Assembly: GCA_965221165.1 (NCBI GenBank)
Contig: CBDCRP010000003.1
Location: forward strand, 1,952,001 to 2,016,000
Direction of reading: 5' to 3'
DNA length: 64,000 bases
Source: a bacterium
Lineage (GTDB): Bacteria > UBA8248
Shown in pieces: positions 10,147 through 19,674 of the stretch. Both the position numbers and the translations under genes were made by a program. The notes under the pieces were generated by a model. That model did not search any database and was not told the DNA's origin. It worked only from the letters and a program-made list of their open reading frames with translations. Within the stretch, counting starts at the first letter, position 1; every line of letters begins with the position of its first letter.

Positions 10147-11033
10147 CGAATTTCCGCACCGATGCGATAAATCTGGGCAGCGCCAAAAGAAGGGCGGTGG
10201 ATTATCTGGAACTCACGAAGCCGCGCATCCTGCCGATGGTGCTGGTCGTCACCGCCGCGGGGTTTTACCTCGCCTCGGACGCAGGCGTTCAAATCGTCCT
10301 GCTCATCCACACGCTCATCGGCGCAGCGCTTGCGACGGGCGGCGCGCTGGCCCTGAACCAGGCGTCCGAAGAAGACCTGGACGCGCGGATGATCCGCACG
10401 CAAAAGCGCCCGCTGCCCGCCGGACGCCTCCTGAAGCTGGACGCCCTGCTGTTCGGCTCCGCCATCACGCTTTTGGGCGTGGCCTATCTGGCCGTTTTCG
10501 TGAACCCCTTCACCGCGCTTCTCATCGCGGCCACCGGCGGGCTCTATCTGTTTTTATACACGCCGCTCAAGCGAACGACCTCGCTGAACAGCGTGGTGGG
10601 CGCGGTTCCGGGAGCCATGCCCCCGCTCATCGGCTGGGCGGCGGCCACGGGCGCGCTCTCGATTGAGTCGTTCGTGGTCTTCTCCATCATGTTTCTCTGG
10701 CAGATCCCCCATGCGCTGGCCATCGCCGTGATGTACCGCGAGGATTTCGAGAGAGCCGATATCAAGCTCCTGCCCGTCGAGGACCCCGGCGGCGCGAGCA
10801 CGGGCAGGCAGGTCCTCTCGTATTGCATGGCCCTCATTCCCGCAGGCATGGCCCCGGCCATCATCGGCATGGCGGGCCCGGTTTATTTCGTGGTCTCCAC
10901 GGTCCTGGGAATCATCTACCTGGGTTACGGGGTTCACATGGCCAGAGGAAAAGGCGTCGCGTCCGCAAGGCGGCTGTTCTACTATTCTCTGGTTTATCTG
11001 CCGGCTCTATTGCTGGCGATGATTTTTGGTTAA
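10143..11033 (+). CDS. ctaB: Protoheme IX farnesyltransferase (heme o synthase)
   Basis: YLELTKPRI, DLDARMIRTQKRPLPAGR, YTPLKR, GAMPPLIGW, WQIPH. Confidence 0.95.
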   Translation: MTNFRTDAINLGSAKRRAVDYLELTKPRILPMVLVVTAAGFYLASDAGVQIVLLIHTLIGAALATGGALALNQASEEDLDARMIRTQKRPLPAGRLLKLDALLFGSAITLLGVAYLAVFVNPFTALLIAATGGLYLFLYTPLKRTTSLNSVVGAVPGAMPPLIGWAAATGALSIESFVVFSIMFLWQIPHALAIAVMYREDFERADIKLLPVEDPGGASTGRQVLSYCMALIPAGMAPAIIGMAGPVYFVVSTVLGIIYLGYGVHMARGKGVASARRLFYYSLVYLPALLLAMIFG

Positions 11034-11040
11034 GACGCCG

Positions 11041-11151
11041 ATGGACAAAACCCAAACCAGGAGCAAGAACCGGCGCACCGGAATTCTTCTTTTTCTCTTC
11101 ATCGTGTGTCTGGCCGGTTTTGCGTGGACGATGGCCCTCATCAGAAATTAA
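11041..11151 (+). CDS. 36-aa single-TM peptide in the cox operon
   Basis: MDKTQTRSKNRRTGILLFLFIVCLAGFAWTMALIRN; fills the ctaB-coxC gap; below the ORF-track cutoff. Confidence 0.55.
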   Translation: MDKTQTRSKNRRTGILLFLFIVCLAGFAWTMALIRN

Positions 11152-11166
11152 AGCGGGAGCACTCCC

Positions 11167-11868
11167 TTGAATCCGGTACTCGAAGCGCCACCTAAAAAAG
11201 AAACCCCGGAGCAATGGGGGGGAGGCGCGCCCCCGCCTCCGCCGGAACCGCCTGAGGACAACGGAGGAAACGGGGGAGGCGGAGACGATTCTTCGGATTC
11301 ACCTTCCGCCGGAAAACCCCTGCTCGGAAACACCCAACTCGCCATGCTGGTGCTCATCGCGGCGGAAGTCATGTTCTTCTCGGGCCTCGTGGGCGCTTTT
11401 CTCGTCTTTCGCTTCAGCGGAAAACCCTGGCCGCCGCCCTTTCAGCCGCGCCTGCCCGTGGAAGTCACCGCCGTCAACACGGCCTTCCTGCTGCTGAGCA
11501 GCTACACCATGGCCCGCGCGCAGCTTTCGCTCAAAAGAAACGACGCGAAGGCGCTACCGCGACTCCTCACCATCACGGGCGCTTTGGGGGTTTTGTTTCT
11601 CGCGATACAGGGCTACGAGTGGATTCGGCTGGTCAATTTCGGCCTCACCGCATCGGCGAACGTCTACGGCTCGATCTTCTACACCATCATCGGCACGCAC
11701 GGGGTTCACGTACTGAGCGCCGTCGTCTGGCTGGTCGTGGTTCTGGTTCACGCGCATATGGGCAAGTATTCCGCACAAAAGCCCGCCGGCGTCGTCGCGT
11801 GCGCGATGTACTGGCATCTGGTGGTGGGGCTGTGGCCGATCCTGTTCTATCTGGTCTACCTGCTGTAA
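11167..11868 (+). CDS. coxC: Cytochrome c oxidase subunit III (copy 1)
   Basis: AEVMFF, NTAFLLLSS, QGYEW, GTHGVHV, YWH. Confidence 0.92.
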   Translation: MNPVLEAPPKKETPEQWGGGAPPPPPEPPEDNGGNGGGGDDSSDSPSAGKPLLGNTQLAMLVLIAAEVMFFSGLVGAFLVFRFSGKPWPPPFQPRLPVEVTAVNTAFLLLSSYTMARAQLSLKRNDAKALPRLLTITGALGVLFLAIQGYEWIRLVNFGLTASANVYGSIFYTIIGTHGVHVLSAVVWLVVVLVHAHMGKYSAQKPAGVVACAMYWHLVVGLWPILFYLVYLL

Positions 11869-11891
11869 TGGTTCCGGAACCGCCGAAAACG

Positions 11892-11921
11892 TTGACACTT
11901 TCCCGAGGCGGGTGGCATACT
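11892..11921 (+). promoter_or_regulatory. Internal sigma70-like promoter
   Basis: TTGACA-18 nt-CATACT with TGn extended -10. Confidence 0.5.
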
Positions 11922-11939
11922 CGCCTCAAGGAGATTCAA

Positions 11940-12176
11940 GTGAAACCAGTCGTTACCATGCTCGCCGCCGCTGCCTTGGGGATTGAATTCCTGCTCCAGC
12001 GCTCCGCCTTCGCCTGCGCGGTGTGCGGTGTGGACGGCGAGCCGGGTTTTCTGTGGAGCATGGGCTTTCTGATCAGCATGCCGTTCGTGATCGCCATGAT
12101 TACGGGCGGTTATTTCGTATACAGTTCCCGGCGGGAAAAGAGGCCGCCGGTGAATAAACGCATTTTTTCTGAATAA
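11940..12176 (+). CDS. Small exported/membrane protein with CxxC
   Basis: GTG start after AAGGAG; signal-like N-terminus, AFA-CAVC, then a TM helix. Confidence 0.65.
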   Translation: MKPVVTMLAAAALGIEFLLQRSAFACAVCGVDGEPGFLWSMGFLISMPFVIAMITGGYFVYSSRREKRPPVNKRIFSE

Positions 12177-12191
12177 GAAGGAGAAGGCGCA

Positions 12192-12815
12192 GTGAGTGAA
12201 GCCGCCGCCGTGGATCACGCCCACGGAGTGGAACCAGCGGAAACCCCGCTTACCCCCGAGAGCTGGGGCAAGCTGGGAATGTGGGTATTTCTGGCGGGCG
12301 ACGCCATGTCGTTCGGAACCCTGTTGGCGGGCTACGCCATCATGCGGGGCAACAGCGCGAACTGGCCGGTGCCCGTGGACGTGCTGGGCATTTCGCTCAC
12401 CGCGTTCATGACGTTTTTGCTCATATGCAGCAGCGTCACGATGGTGAAGGGCCTGGACGCCATCAAAAGGGGAGATCAGGCGAGCCTGGTCAAATTTATG
12501 TGGCTCACCGTCGGCGGTGGCCTCATATTCCTGGGCTTACAAGCCTATGAGTGGACCCACCTGATCCACGAGGGTCTCCACCTTTCCGGCAACAAGTGGG
12601 GCGACAGCCTCTTCGGCACCACCTTCTACATCATCACGGGCTTCCACGGGATGCACGTGACGGGCGGCGTCATCTACCTGTCCGTCATCGCGATGCGCGG
12701 CAAAAAGGGCGTTTATTCGACGACGAACTGGAACGAGGTGGAAATCGCGGGCCTCTACTGGCACTTCGTGGACCTCGTCTGGATTCTCGTATTCACGTTC
12801 ATCTATCTATTGTAA
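12192..12815 (+). CDS. coxC: Cytochrome c oxidase subunit III (copy 2)
   Basis: KLGMWVFL, CSSVTM, QAYEW, TGFHGMHV, GLYWHFVDLVW. Confidence 0.93.
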   Translation: MSEAAAVDHAHGVEPAETPLTPESWGKLGMWVFLAGDAMSFGTLLAGYAIMRGNSANWPVPVDVLGISLTAFMTFLLICSSVTMVKGLDAIKRGDQASLVKFMWLTVGGGLIFLGLQAYEWTHLIHEGLHLSGNKWGDSLFGTTFYIITGFHGMHVTGGVIYLSVIAMRGKKGVYSTTNWNEVEIAGLYWHFVDLVWILVFTFIYLL

Positions 12816-12872
12816 CCATCCCGGGCGCGTCCTGGGCGCGCTCGGGTTCGTTCGAGGGAGAGCACATACATC

Positions 12873-13169
12873 ATGGCCAGCGCAAGCCACACGAACCACG
12901 ACGATCATCACGTGAGCTACATGACCATCTTCTGGTGGCTCCTGGCGCTCACGATACTCGAAATCATGGCAGGCTTGCCCCAGGCGAGTCCCGCCTATCC
13001 GCAGCTTTTGAAGGGAGCGCTCCTCGTCGGCATGGCCGTGGCCAAGGCGGCGTTGGTGGCCCTTTACTTCATGCACCTCAAATTCGAGAAAGTGGCGCTG
13101 GGCTTCATCGCCATGATACCGCTCGTGCTGTGCGTGTTCGTCGTGTTGATGGTGCTGCCTGATTTTTAG
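12873..13169 (+). CDS. Cytochrome c oxidase subunit IV (prokaryotic)
   Basis: AKAALVALYFMHLKFE motif, three TM helices. Confidence 0.88.
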   Translation: MASASHTNHDDHHVSYMTIFWWLLALTILEIMAGLPQASPAYPQLLKGALLVGMAVAKAALVALYFMHLKFEKVALGFIAMIPLVLCVFVVLMVLPDF

Positions 13170-13200
13170 GCCGCCGCCGCCGGACGTTTCAAAAAAATTC

Positions 13201-13626
13201 ATGTCGCTTCGAGATCTGCCCACCCTGAACGCCTTGTTGAACGCCACGAGCGCGGCTTTGCTCATGCTGGGCGTGAAGCAGATTTACGCCAAAAACGTGG
13301 AAGCCCACAAGCGCTTCATGGTGAGCGCATTTCTCGTATCCACCCTGTTTCTCGTTTCTTATCTCGTCTATCACTTCAACGTGGGTTCGGTGGGCTTCAC
13401 CGGCACGGGCTGGATTCGCCCGGTGTATTTCTTCATCCTCATCACCCATTCGGTGCTGGCCGTCCTGGTGCCGCCCATGGCGATCGTCACCCTCTACAGG
13501 GCGTGGCGGGGGGATTTCGAGCGGCACCGCCGCATCGCGCGCTGGACGTATCCCGTCTGGCTCTACGTTTCCCTCACCGGCGTCATGGTCTATCTGCTCC
13601 TCTACGTCTTCTACCCGAGGGCATGA
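13201..13626 (+). CDS. DUF420 family membrane protein (CtaM/YozB-like)
   Basis: LPTLNALLN, AHKRFM, FLVSYLVYH, HRRIARWTYPVWLYVSLTG. Confidence 0.88.
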   Translation: MSLRDLPTLNALLNATSAALLMLGVKQIYAKNVEAHKRFMVSAFLVSTLFLVSYLVYHFNVGSVGFTGTGWIRPVYFFILITHSVLAVLVPPMAIVTLYRAWRGDFERHRRIARWTYPVWLYVSLTGVMVYLLLYVFYPRA

Positions 13627-14000
13627 GAGGGTTCCTGCGCGCCATAAGGCGCGGGAGCATGCTGGTGTGCCCGAGATGTCCCGAACCCCTTTTCACCGGT
13701 CTTTTCCAAATGCACAAAAGATGCCCGGGCTGCGGCTACCTCATCGAGCGTGAGCAGGGCTATTTCATCGGCGCCATCTACATCAACTACGCCATCACGA
13801 TCATCATCTGTCTGAGCGGTTATTTCCTGACCGAAATCTTCATCGCCCCGGGACTCGCGGCGCAGCTCATCATCTGGGGTGGGCTTTGCATTCTGATTCC
13901 GCTATTCTCGTTTCGCTACTCGCGCGCCATCTGGCTGAACGCGGATTATTTTTTCAGCCGGAAATTCTCACCCGACGATGATGAGGATTCAGCGAATTGA
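13623..14000 (+). CDS. DUF983-like protein
   Basis: CPRC..LF..CPGCG plus two TM helices; ATGA overlap with the upstream gene. Confidence 0.75.
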   Translation: MRGFLRAIRRGSMLVCPRCPEPLFTGLFQMHKRCPGCGYLIEREQGYFIGAIYINYAITIIICLSGYFLTEIFIAPGLAAQLIIWGGLCILIPLFSFRYSRAIWLNADYFFSRKFSPDDDEDSAN

Positions 14001-14962
14001 ACCCGAATCCCGCCCTCTCCGTCCAAGGCGTCACCCACCGCTACGGAAATCGCGTGGCGCTCAAGGACGTGCGCTTCGAGGTTTCAGAGGGTGAGATTTT
14101 CACGCTCCTGGGTCCTAACGGCGGCGGCAAGACCACCTTGTTCCGCATCATCACCACGCTCATGCGCGCGACGTCGGGCGACGCCCGCGTGTTCGGCCAT
14201 TCGGTGCGGGATGCGCCCCACGCGGTGCGAAAGAGAATCGGCGTCGTCTTTCAGCAACCAAGCCTGGACCCGAAGCTCACCGTGTTCGAAAACATGGTCC
14301 ACCACGGAAGGCTCCACGGGATGCTGGGGGCTCCTCTGCAAAACGCCGCAGCCGCGCTCCTCGCGCAATTCGGCCTGAGCGAGCGGAAAAAGGATTACGT
14401 CGAAACCCTCTCCGGCGGGCTGCAGCGCAGGGTGGAACTCGCCAAGGCGCTCCTGCCCCGGCCCGAGATATTGTTCCTGGATGAACCCAGCACGGGGCTC
14501 GACCCCGGAGCCAGAATCGATTTCAGGAACGAACTAAAGCGCCTGCGCAGCGAGACGAATACCACGGTCGTGCTCACCACGCATTTCATCGAGGAGGCCG
14601 ACCATGCGGATCGGGTGGGCGTCATCCACGAGGGCAACCTCGTCGCCATCGGCGCGCCCGACGCCCTCAAAAAAGAAGTGGGCGGCGAGGTGCTGACCAT
14701 CGAGGCGCAAGATCCCGAATCCCTGCACCCGAAGTTGGCGGAAATGTTCTCTTGCGAGGTGAAGAGCGTGGACGGCTCCCTGCGCGCCGAGATGCGCGAC
14801 GCCCACGCGGCCATCCCGAAAATCGCAGAGGCGTTCCCCGGCGAGGTGCGCTCCATCACGCTGGGCAAGCCCACGCTCGAGGACGTTTTCATCAACCAGA
14901 CGGGAAAGCGCTTCGTCGACGCGGACGAGGACACCCCCGATCCGAAGGCGCGAAAGTCATGA
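13997..14962 (+). CDS. ABC exporter ATP-binding subunit (DrrA-like)
   Basis: Walker A GPNGGGKTT, LSGG, LFLDEP, TLEDVF. Confidence 0.93.
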   Translation: MNPNPALSVQGVTHRYGNRVALKDVRFEVSEGEIFTLLGPNGGGKTTLFRIITTLMRATSGDARVFGHSVRDAPHAVRKRIGVVFQQPSLDPKLTVFENMVHHGRLHGMLGAPLQNAAAALLAQFGLSERKKDYVETLSGGLQRRVELAKALLPRPEILFLDEPSTGLDPGARIDFRNELKRLRSETNTTVVLTTHFIEEADHADRVGVIHEGNLVAIGAPDALKKEVGGEVLTIEAQDPESLHPKLAEMFSCEVKSVDGSLRAEMRDAHAAIPKIAEAFPGEVRSITLGKPTLEDVFINQTGKRFVDADEDTPDPKARKS

Positions 14963-15738
14963 CTCCCTATCTGCTGTGCACGGGAACGATTTGGCAGCGC
15001 GAGATCATCCGCTTCTTGCGCCAGAGAAGCCGCATCATCGGTGCGTTCGGCCAGCCCATCCTGTTCTGGCTCCTGCTGGGCAGCGGCTTCGGGCGGAACT
15101 TCCGCTACGCGGGCGGCGGCGGGGAGGGATACCTGGAATACTTCTATCCGGGCATCATCGCCATGGTGGTGCTCTTCACGGCCATCTTCTCCACTTTCGC
15201 CGTGGTGGACGACAGAAAGGCGCGCTTCTTACAAGGCGTGCTCGCAGCCCCCGTTCCGCGTTCGGCCATCGTGCTGGGACAAGTGATGGGCGGGGCGACG
15301 CTGGCGCTCCTACAAGGCGTTCTCCTGCTCGTCGCCACGCCTCTGGCGGGCGTTCCGCTCACGCTGGAAGCGGCCCTGGCCTCCATATTGGTGATGGGCC
15401 TGATCGGCTTCGCGCTGACTGCGCTCGGCCTTTTGCTCGCCTGGCGAATCGAATCCACCCAGGGTTTTCACTCCATCATGAACCTGCTGCTCATCCCCTT
15501 GTGGCTGCTCTCGGGCGCGGTGTTCCCGGTTGCGGGCGCGCACCCGCTCATCGGACTCATCATGCAGGTAAACCCGCTCACCTACGGCGTGGCGGCTCTG
15601 AGAAGAACGCTGTACCTGAGCGCGCCGGACGCCGTGGCCACCCTGCCGGGGCTTTGGATCTCCCTCCTCATCATGCTCCTCTTCGGCGGCGTCGCCTTCG
15701 TTCTCGCGGTGCGAACCGCCGAGAAAAGCGAGGGCTGA
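14959..15738 (+). CDS. ABC-2 type permease
   Basis: PGIIAM, LSGAVFP, NPLTY; ATGA overlap with the ATPase gene. Confidence 0.9.
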   Translation: MTPYLLCTGTIWQREIIRFLRQRSRIIGAFGQPILFWLLLGSGFGRNFRYAGGGGEGYLEYFYPGIIAMVVLFTAIFSTFAVVDDRKARFLQGVLAAPVPRSAIVLGQVMGGATLALLQGVLLLVATPLAGVPLTLEAALASILVMGLIGFALTALGLLLAWRIESTQGFHSIMNLLLIPLWLLSGAVFPVAGAHPLIGLIMQVNPLTYGVAALRRTLYLSAPDAVATLPGLWISLLIMLLFGGVAFVLAVRTAEKSEG

Positions 15739-15823
15739 GCCCGAGGCTCAAAATCCAGACCTCAAGATAGATGGGGATGACGGCAAAGCAGGGAAAGCGC
15801 AGCATAACGCGCAAGCCTGAAAC

Positions 15824-16147
15824 TCAGGGCAGACGATTCACATACCCCGCCACGTTATCGAGCGCCTCGCCCCTGACGTGGGGCAGGGCGGGCATTTTAT
15901 TTTTGCCCTGCTTCACGACCTCTTTAATATAGGCGCGAGGAAGCGCGCGGCCGCGCAGGGGGTTTCCCAGTCCACCTTTTCCCTCACCATGCGCACCATG
16001 GCAGGCGGCGCACGTCCGAGCGTAGACCGTCCCGCCGTCGCCCGTGGTGAGGGACGTCTCTTTTCGCTCCGGGTTTTGAAAGACGAGCAAAAAAGCGACA
16101 AACGCGCCGCCCAAGGCGAGAAACGAAACGACGACCCATTTGCCCAA
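15824..16147 (-). CDS. Membrane-anchored monoheme cytochrome c
   Basis: CAACH, distal KMP, N-terminal TM helix. Confidence 0.88.
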   Translation of the reverse strand: MGKWVVVSFLALGGAFVAFLLVFQNPERKETSLTTGDGGTVYARTCAACHGAHGEGKGGLGNPLRGRALPRAYIKEVVKQGKNKMPALPHVRGEALDNVAGYVNRLP

Positions 16148-16169
16148 GTTCCAAGGCGTCCTGAGCGCT

Positions 16170-17483
16170 CTATTCGTTCAGGGGGAGCGGCCTGTGGAGA
16201 AACGCGCGCGCATCCGCCCCCTCGTAGTCGGAGACCAAGTGGCCGTTTCCCTCGAGCTGGTATTTATAGGTCACCAGGCCATCGAGACCCACGGGACCGC
16301 GCGCGTGTATCTTATCCGTGGCGATTCCCACTTCCGCGCCGAAGCCGTAGCGGAAACCGTCCGCCAGGCGCGTGGATGCGTTCCACATGACGCTGGCGGC
16401 ATCCACCCTCGACAGGAAAGTCCGCGCCGCCGCCTCGTCCGAGGTGACGATGGCGTCGGTGTGGCGCGAACCATAGCGGTTGACGTGATCGACGGCTTGG
16501 GCCAGGGATTCCACCACCCGCACGGAGAGGATGAGGTCGAGATATTCCGTCTTCCAGTCCTCCTCGTTCGCTGCGCCCGCATTTTGGAGAATCGCCCGCG
16601 TCGCATCGCAGCCCCGGATGGCCACTCCCTTTTCCTTAAGCGCCCCGGCGGCCAGGGGGAGGAATTCGCCCGCTTTTTTCTCATGCACCAGAAGCGTTTC
16701 TATCGCGTTGCAGACGGCGGGGTACTGCGTTTTGGCGTCCAGGGCCAAGCGCACGGCCATCTCCGTCTCCGCCGCTTCGTCCACGTATAAATGACAGACC
16801 CCGTCCGCGTGGCCCAGAACCGGGATGCTCGAATGCTCCTTGATGTAGCGGACGAACTCGTTGCTCCCGCGCGGGATGAGCAGGTCGACCGCATCGTCGC
16901 GCGAGAGGAGGGCCTGCACGTCCTCGCGCGCCTCGACGAGTTGCAGAGCGGCCGGCGGAATCTCCCCGGCCGATGACGCCGCGTCTCTCAACAACTCCGA
17001 CAAGAGGCGGTTCGTGTGCGCGGCCTCGCGGCCCCCCTTGAGGATGGCGGCGTTTCCCGATTTGAGACACAGCGAGGCTATCTGCACCAGCGCATCGGGT
17101 CTCGATTCGAACACGGCGGCGACCACGCCCAAGGGACACGTGACCCGCCTGAGCGTGAGTTCCTCATCGAGCAGGGTCGCCATGCGCGCCACGCCCAGCG
17201 GATCGGGCAGAGCGGCCACCGCGCGCACGCCGTCCGCCATCTGCGTGATTTTGCGCTCATCGAGCGCCAGGCGTTTGAGCAGCGGCTCGGACATCTCTCC
17301 GCTCGCCACGAGTGGCTTCGCCTCGGCTCCGTCCTCTTCGTTCGCTTCGAGGATTCGCCGCGCGTTCTCATCAATCGCGTCCGCCACGGCGAGCAATGCG
17401 CGATTCCGCACCTCATCGCTCAAGGGCGCCAGCGCGAGCGCGGCACTCCTCGCCGCCCGGCATATGGAGTCTATATCGCTCAA
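16170..17483 (-). CDS. proA: Glutamate-5-semialdehyde dehydrogenase
   Basis: FESRP, KSGNAAILKGG, CNAIET, NASTR.ADG, GAEVGI, HARGPVG. Confidence 0.96.
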   Translation of the reverse strand: MSDIDSICRAARSAALALAPLSDEVRNRALLAVADAIDENARRILEANEEDGAEAKPLVASGEMSEPLLKRLALDERKITQMADGVRAVAALPDPLGVARMATLLDEELTLRRVTCPLGVVAAVFESRPDALVQIASLCLKSGNAAILKGGREAAHTNRLLSELLRDAASSAGEIPPAALQLVEAREDVQALLSRDDAVDLLIPRGSNEFVRYIKEHSSIPVLGHADGVCHLYVDEAAETEMAVRLALDAKTQYPAVCNAIETLLVHEKKAGEFLPLAAGALKEKGVAIRGCDATRAILQNAGAANEEDWKTEYLDLILSVRVVESLAQAVDHVNRYGSRHTDAIVTSDEAAARTFLSRVDAASVMWNASTRLADGFRYGFGAEVGIATDKIHARGPVGLDGLVTYKYQLEGNGHLVSDYEGADARAFLHRPLPLNE

Positions 17484-17556
17484 GGTGAATCTCCCTCATC
17501 AAATCTTTCAGACCGGCTGTGGATTATAGGCCGACGCGAATACACCGGCAAACGAA

Positions 17557-18453
17557 TCATGCTCTTTTCTTCTTCCATTCCTCATGACGCCGCTCGACGT
17601 AATCGAGGATGACGGGCGCGACCTCGGGACCGCCTGCGCGCTCCACGCCCTCGAAGCCGGGGGCGGCGTTCACCTCCAAAACCAGGGGGCCTCGCCTGGT
17701 TTCCAGCAAATCCACGCCTGCGATTTCGAGACCGCACAGTTTCGCGGCGCTTTTCGCGAGTTCCGAGGCTCGTTTGGTGGGGGCGGCTTTTCGGACGGAG
17801 CCGCCGCGATGCAAATTCGTGCGAAACTCGTTTCTGGAAGCACTCCTCCTCACGGCGGCCGCCACTTCGCCGCCGACGACGATGACGCGCAAATCCCCCT
17901 TTTTTGCCTCCTCCACGTATTCCTGAACGATGGCGTCTCGTTGCAGGTTCCACATCACGTCGGAGATGGCTTGCGCTTCTTCGACGTCGTGGGCGCGCAT
18001 GACGCCCTTGCCCTGCGTGCCGCGAGGCAGCTTCATCACGACGGGCGCGCCGCCCACGCTCTCGAGCGCCGCGCGCAGATACTCCGGGTCCGGGGCGAAC
18101 GCCGTCTTCGGCACCGGCAAGCCGTTTTGCGCCAGAAGCTGTAAGGTGCGGAGCTTATCCCGCGCCGTCTCGAGCGCGTGAGAGCCGTTGACCACCAGGG
18201 AGCCTGCCGCTTCCAGGTGACGGATAAGCGCCAGGGAATGCTCGGATATGTTCGCTCCCAGACGCGGGAGAAAGACATCCGCCCCCGGGAAGGATTTGCC
18301 CCGAAACTCGAGCGAAATTTCTCCCTCGTTTATTTTGAGTAAAAACCGGTACGGGTCCAGAACGCGCACCCGGTGCTTTCTGCGCCTGGCGCTCTCTGAA
18401 ATTCTCCGCACGCCGTGTAAGGTCTCGTCTCGACACAAGATTCCGATTCTCAC
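17557..18453 (-). CDS. rimK: RimK family ATP-grasp alpha-L-glutamate ligase
   Basis: ARDKL, GTQGKGV, FRTNLHRGG, LEVNAAPG. Confidence 0.85.
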   Translation of the reverse strand: MRIGILCRDETLHGVRRISESARRRKHRVRVLDPYRFLLKINEGEISLEFRGKSFPGADVFLPRLGANISEHSLALIRHLEAAGSLVVNGSHALETARDKLRTLQLLAQNGLPVPKTAFAPDPEYLRAALESVGGAPVVMKLPRGTQGKGVMRAHDVEEAQAISDVMWNLQRDAIVQEYVEEAKKGDLRVIVVGGEVAAAVRRSASRNEFRTNLHRGGSVRKAAPTKRASELAKSAAKLCGLEIAGVDLLETRRGPLVLEVNAAPGFEGVERAGGPEVAPVILDYVERRHEEWKKKRA

Positions 18454-18644
18454 CCTTCACTCCCGCCCAATTCATGAATGAGCAGAGATTCTAGCATCCA
18501 GGAGGATATATGCGCAGTGAGGTTCGACCGAGAAGACCATGAAAGTGGGGATTCCCCTCCCGGCGGCCCTTTGCCGGATGGCGTGGGCCACCAGGGGGGA
18601 GGTATGTGGGGCGCGGCCCATTGGTTGGGCCACGGCAGGATTTC

Positions 18645-19121
18645 CTACGCGGCTCTCTGAAGAGCCTCTTTCGGTTGCACCCGCTCCTGCTTCTGAACCA
18701 GCAGGACATGGACGTTCAGTCTTTTCACAAGACGGGGGGCGAGGCGCGCCAATCCAAAGCGGCGTCCCAGCCATCCTTCTTCCCCGGCGCCGATGAGAAT
18801 GAGGTCGGCTTCGAGCTTCTCCGCCCTTTTAGACACCTCATGCAACGGAGCGCCGTTGGTGATGGAAACCTCCACGCGCAGGCCCCTGTCTTCGAGTTTT
18901 CGCCGCAAGGGCTCTAAATACCCTTCGCCCGAGCGGGTGCGCGCATCGTGAATCTGATCGGCGTATAACGTGTAGCCTTCCAGTTGCCTCGACTGCATGA
19001 CGCCGCTTTCCAGCAATTGCAGATGAATGATCTTCGGGCTCGCCGAGAGATGAGCCACCTCATGCACGGCGGCTTCCGCCTCTTGCGAGCCATCCAATGG
19101 AATCAAAATTCGCTCATACAT
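18645..19121 (-). CDS. Universal stress protein
   Basis: MYERILIPLDGS start and ADLILIG. Confidence 0.85.
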   Translation of the reverse strand: MYERILIPLDGSQEAEAAVHEVAHLSASPKIIHLQLLESGVMQSRQLEGYTLYADQIHDARTRSGEGYLEPLRRKLEDRGLRVEVSITNGAPLHEVSKRAEKLEADLILIGAGEEGWLGRRFGLARLAPRLVKRLNVHVLLVQKQERVQPKEALQRAA

Positions 19122-19158
19122 TGTTTCTCTCCGTTTCCTGAACTCGTAAACCATTTTT

Positions 19159-19359
19159 CTAGGCGGCTTTCCGCAGTTCCGTTTGTGGGGTGATGGCGTA
19201 GAGCAATTTCGAATCGACCAAATCCGCCTTGGCGTCATTCGAAAGCGCGGCCTTCGCCGGAGGATGATGGATGATGCTGATAGTCATGAACCACCAGATC
19301 GCGGCGAATGCGAAAAACACGGGGATAGCCGTCATCGCGTACACCTTGAGAAATTCCAT
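19159..19359 (-). CDS. Small single-TM protein
   Basis: 66 aa starting MEFLKVYAM after an AGGAGG RBS; hydrophobic segment; lies between a sigma54 promoter and the USP gene. Confidence 0.65.
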   Translation of the reverse strand: MEFLKVYAMTAIPVFFAFAAIWWFMTISIIHHPPAKAALSNDAKADLVDSKLLYAITPQTELRKAA

Positions 19360-19419
19360 CTCTCGCCTCCTTTCCCTCGTCATAACGGTACTCAGGAAAC
19401 AACCTTTACCTATTTAATA

Positions 19420-19435
19420 AGCAAAAACCGTGCCA
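19420..19435 (-). promoter_or_regulatory. Sigma54 -24/-12 promoter
   Basis: Minus strand reads TGGCACGGTTTTTGCT, matching the TGGCACG-N4-TTGC consensus exactly. Confidence 0.8.
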
Positions 19436-19674
19436 AAACGAGAGAATTCCATGAACCATCAAATTTACAAGGGGTTATCAGATTATATCCGGCAGGAAGG
19501 AGATCAAAAAGAAGTTATATTCAACGAAATATCGTTATTTTATTATTTATCGCGCGCCTTTTGTCAAAAACAACCAGAACGGGGAATGCGGGAAGAGGAT
19601 GAAAAGGCGAGGCCATGGAGGACTGAGGGTGGCGGCTTCATCCATCAATCCCCTTGAATCCCTCAAGCGACTCC

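Noticed and set aside
17557-18660. RimK-like ligase as a graspetide (RiPP) maturase with a nearby short ORF (18510-18542)
   Set aside because: The protein looks like canonical RimK; the short divergent ORF has no repeated core or leader pattern
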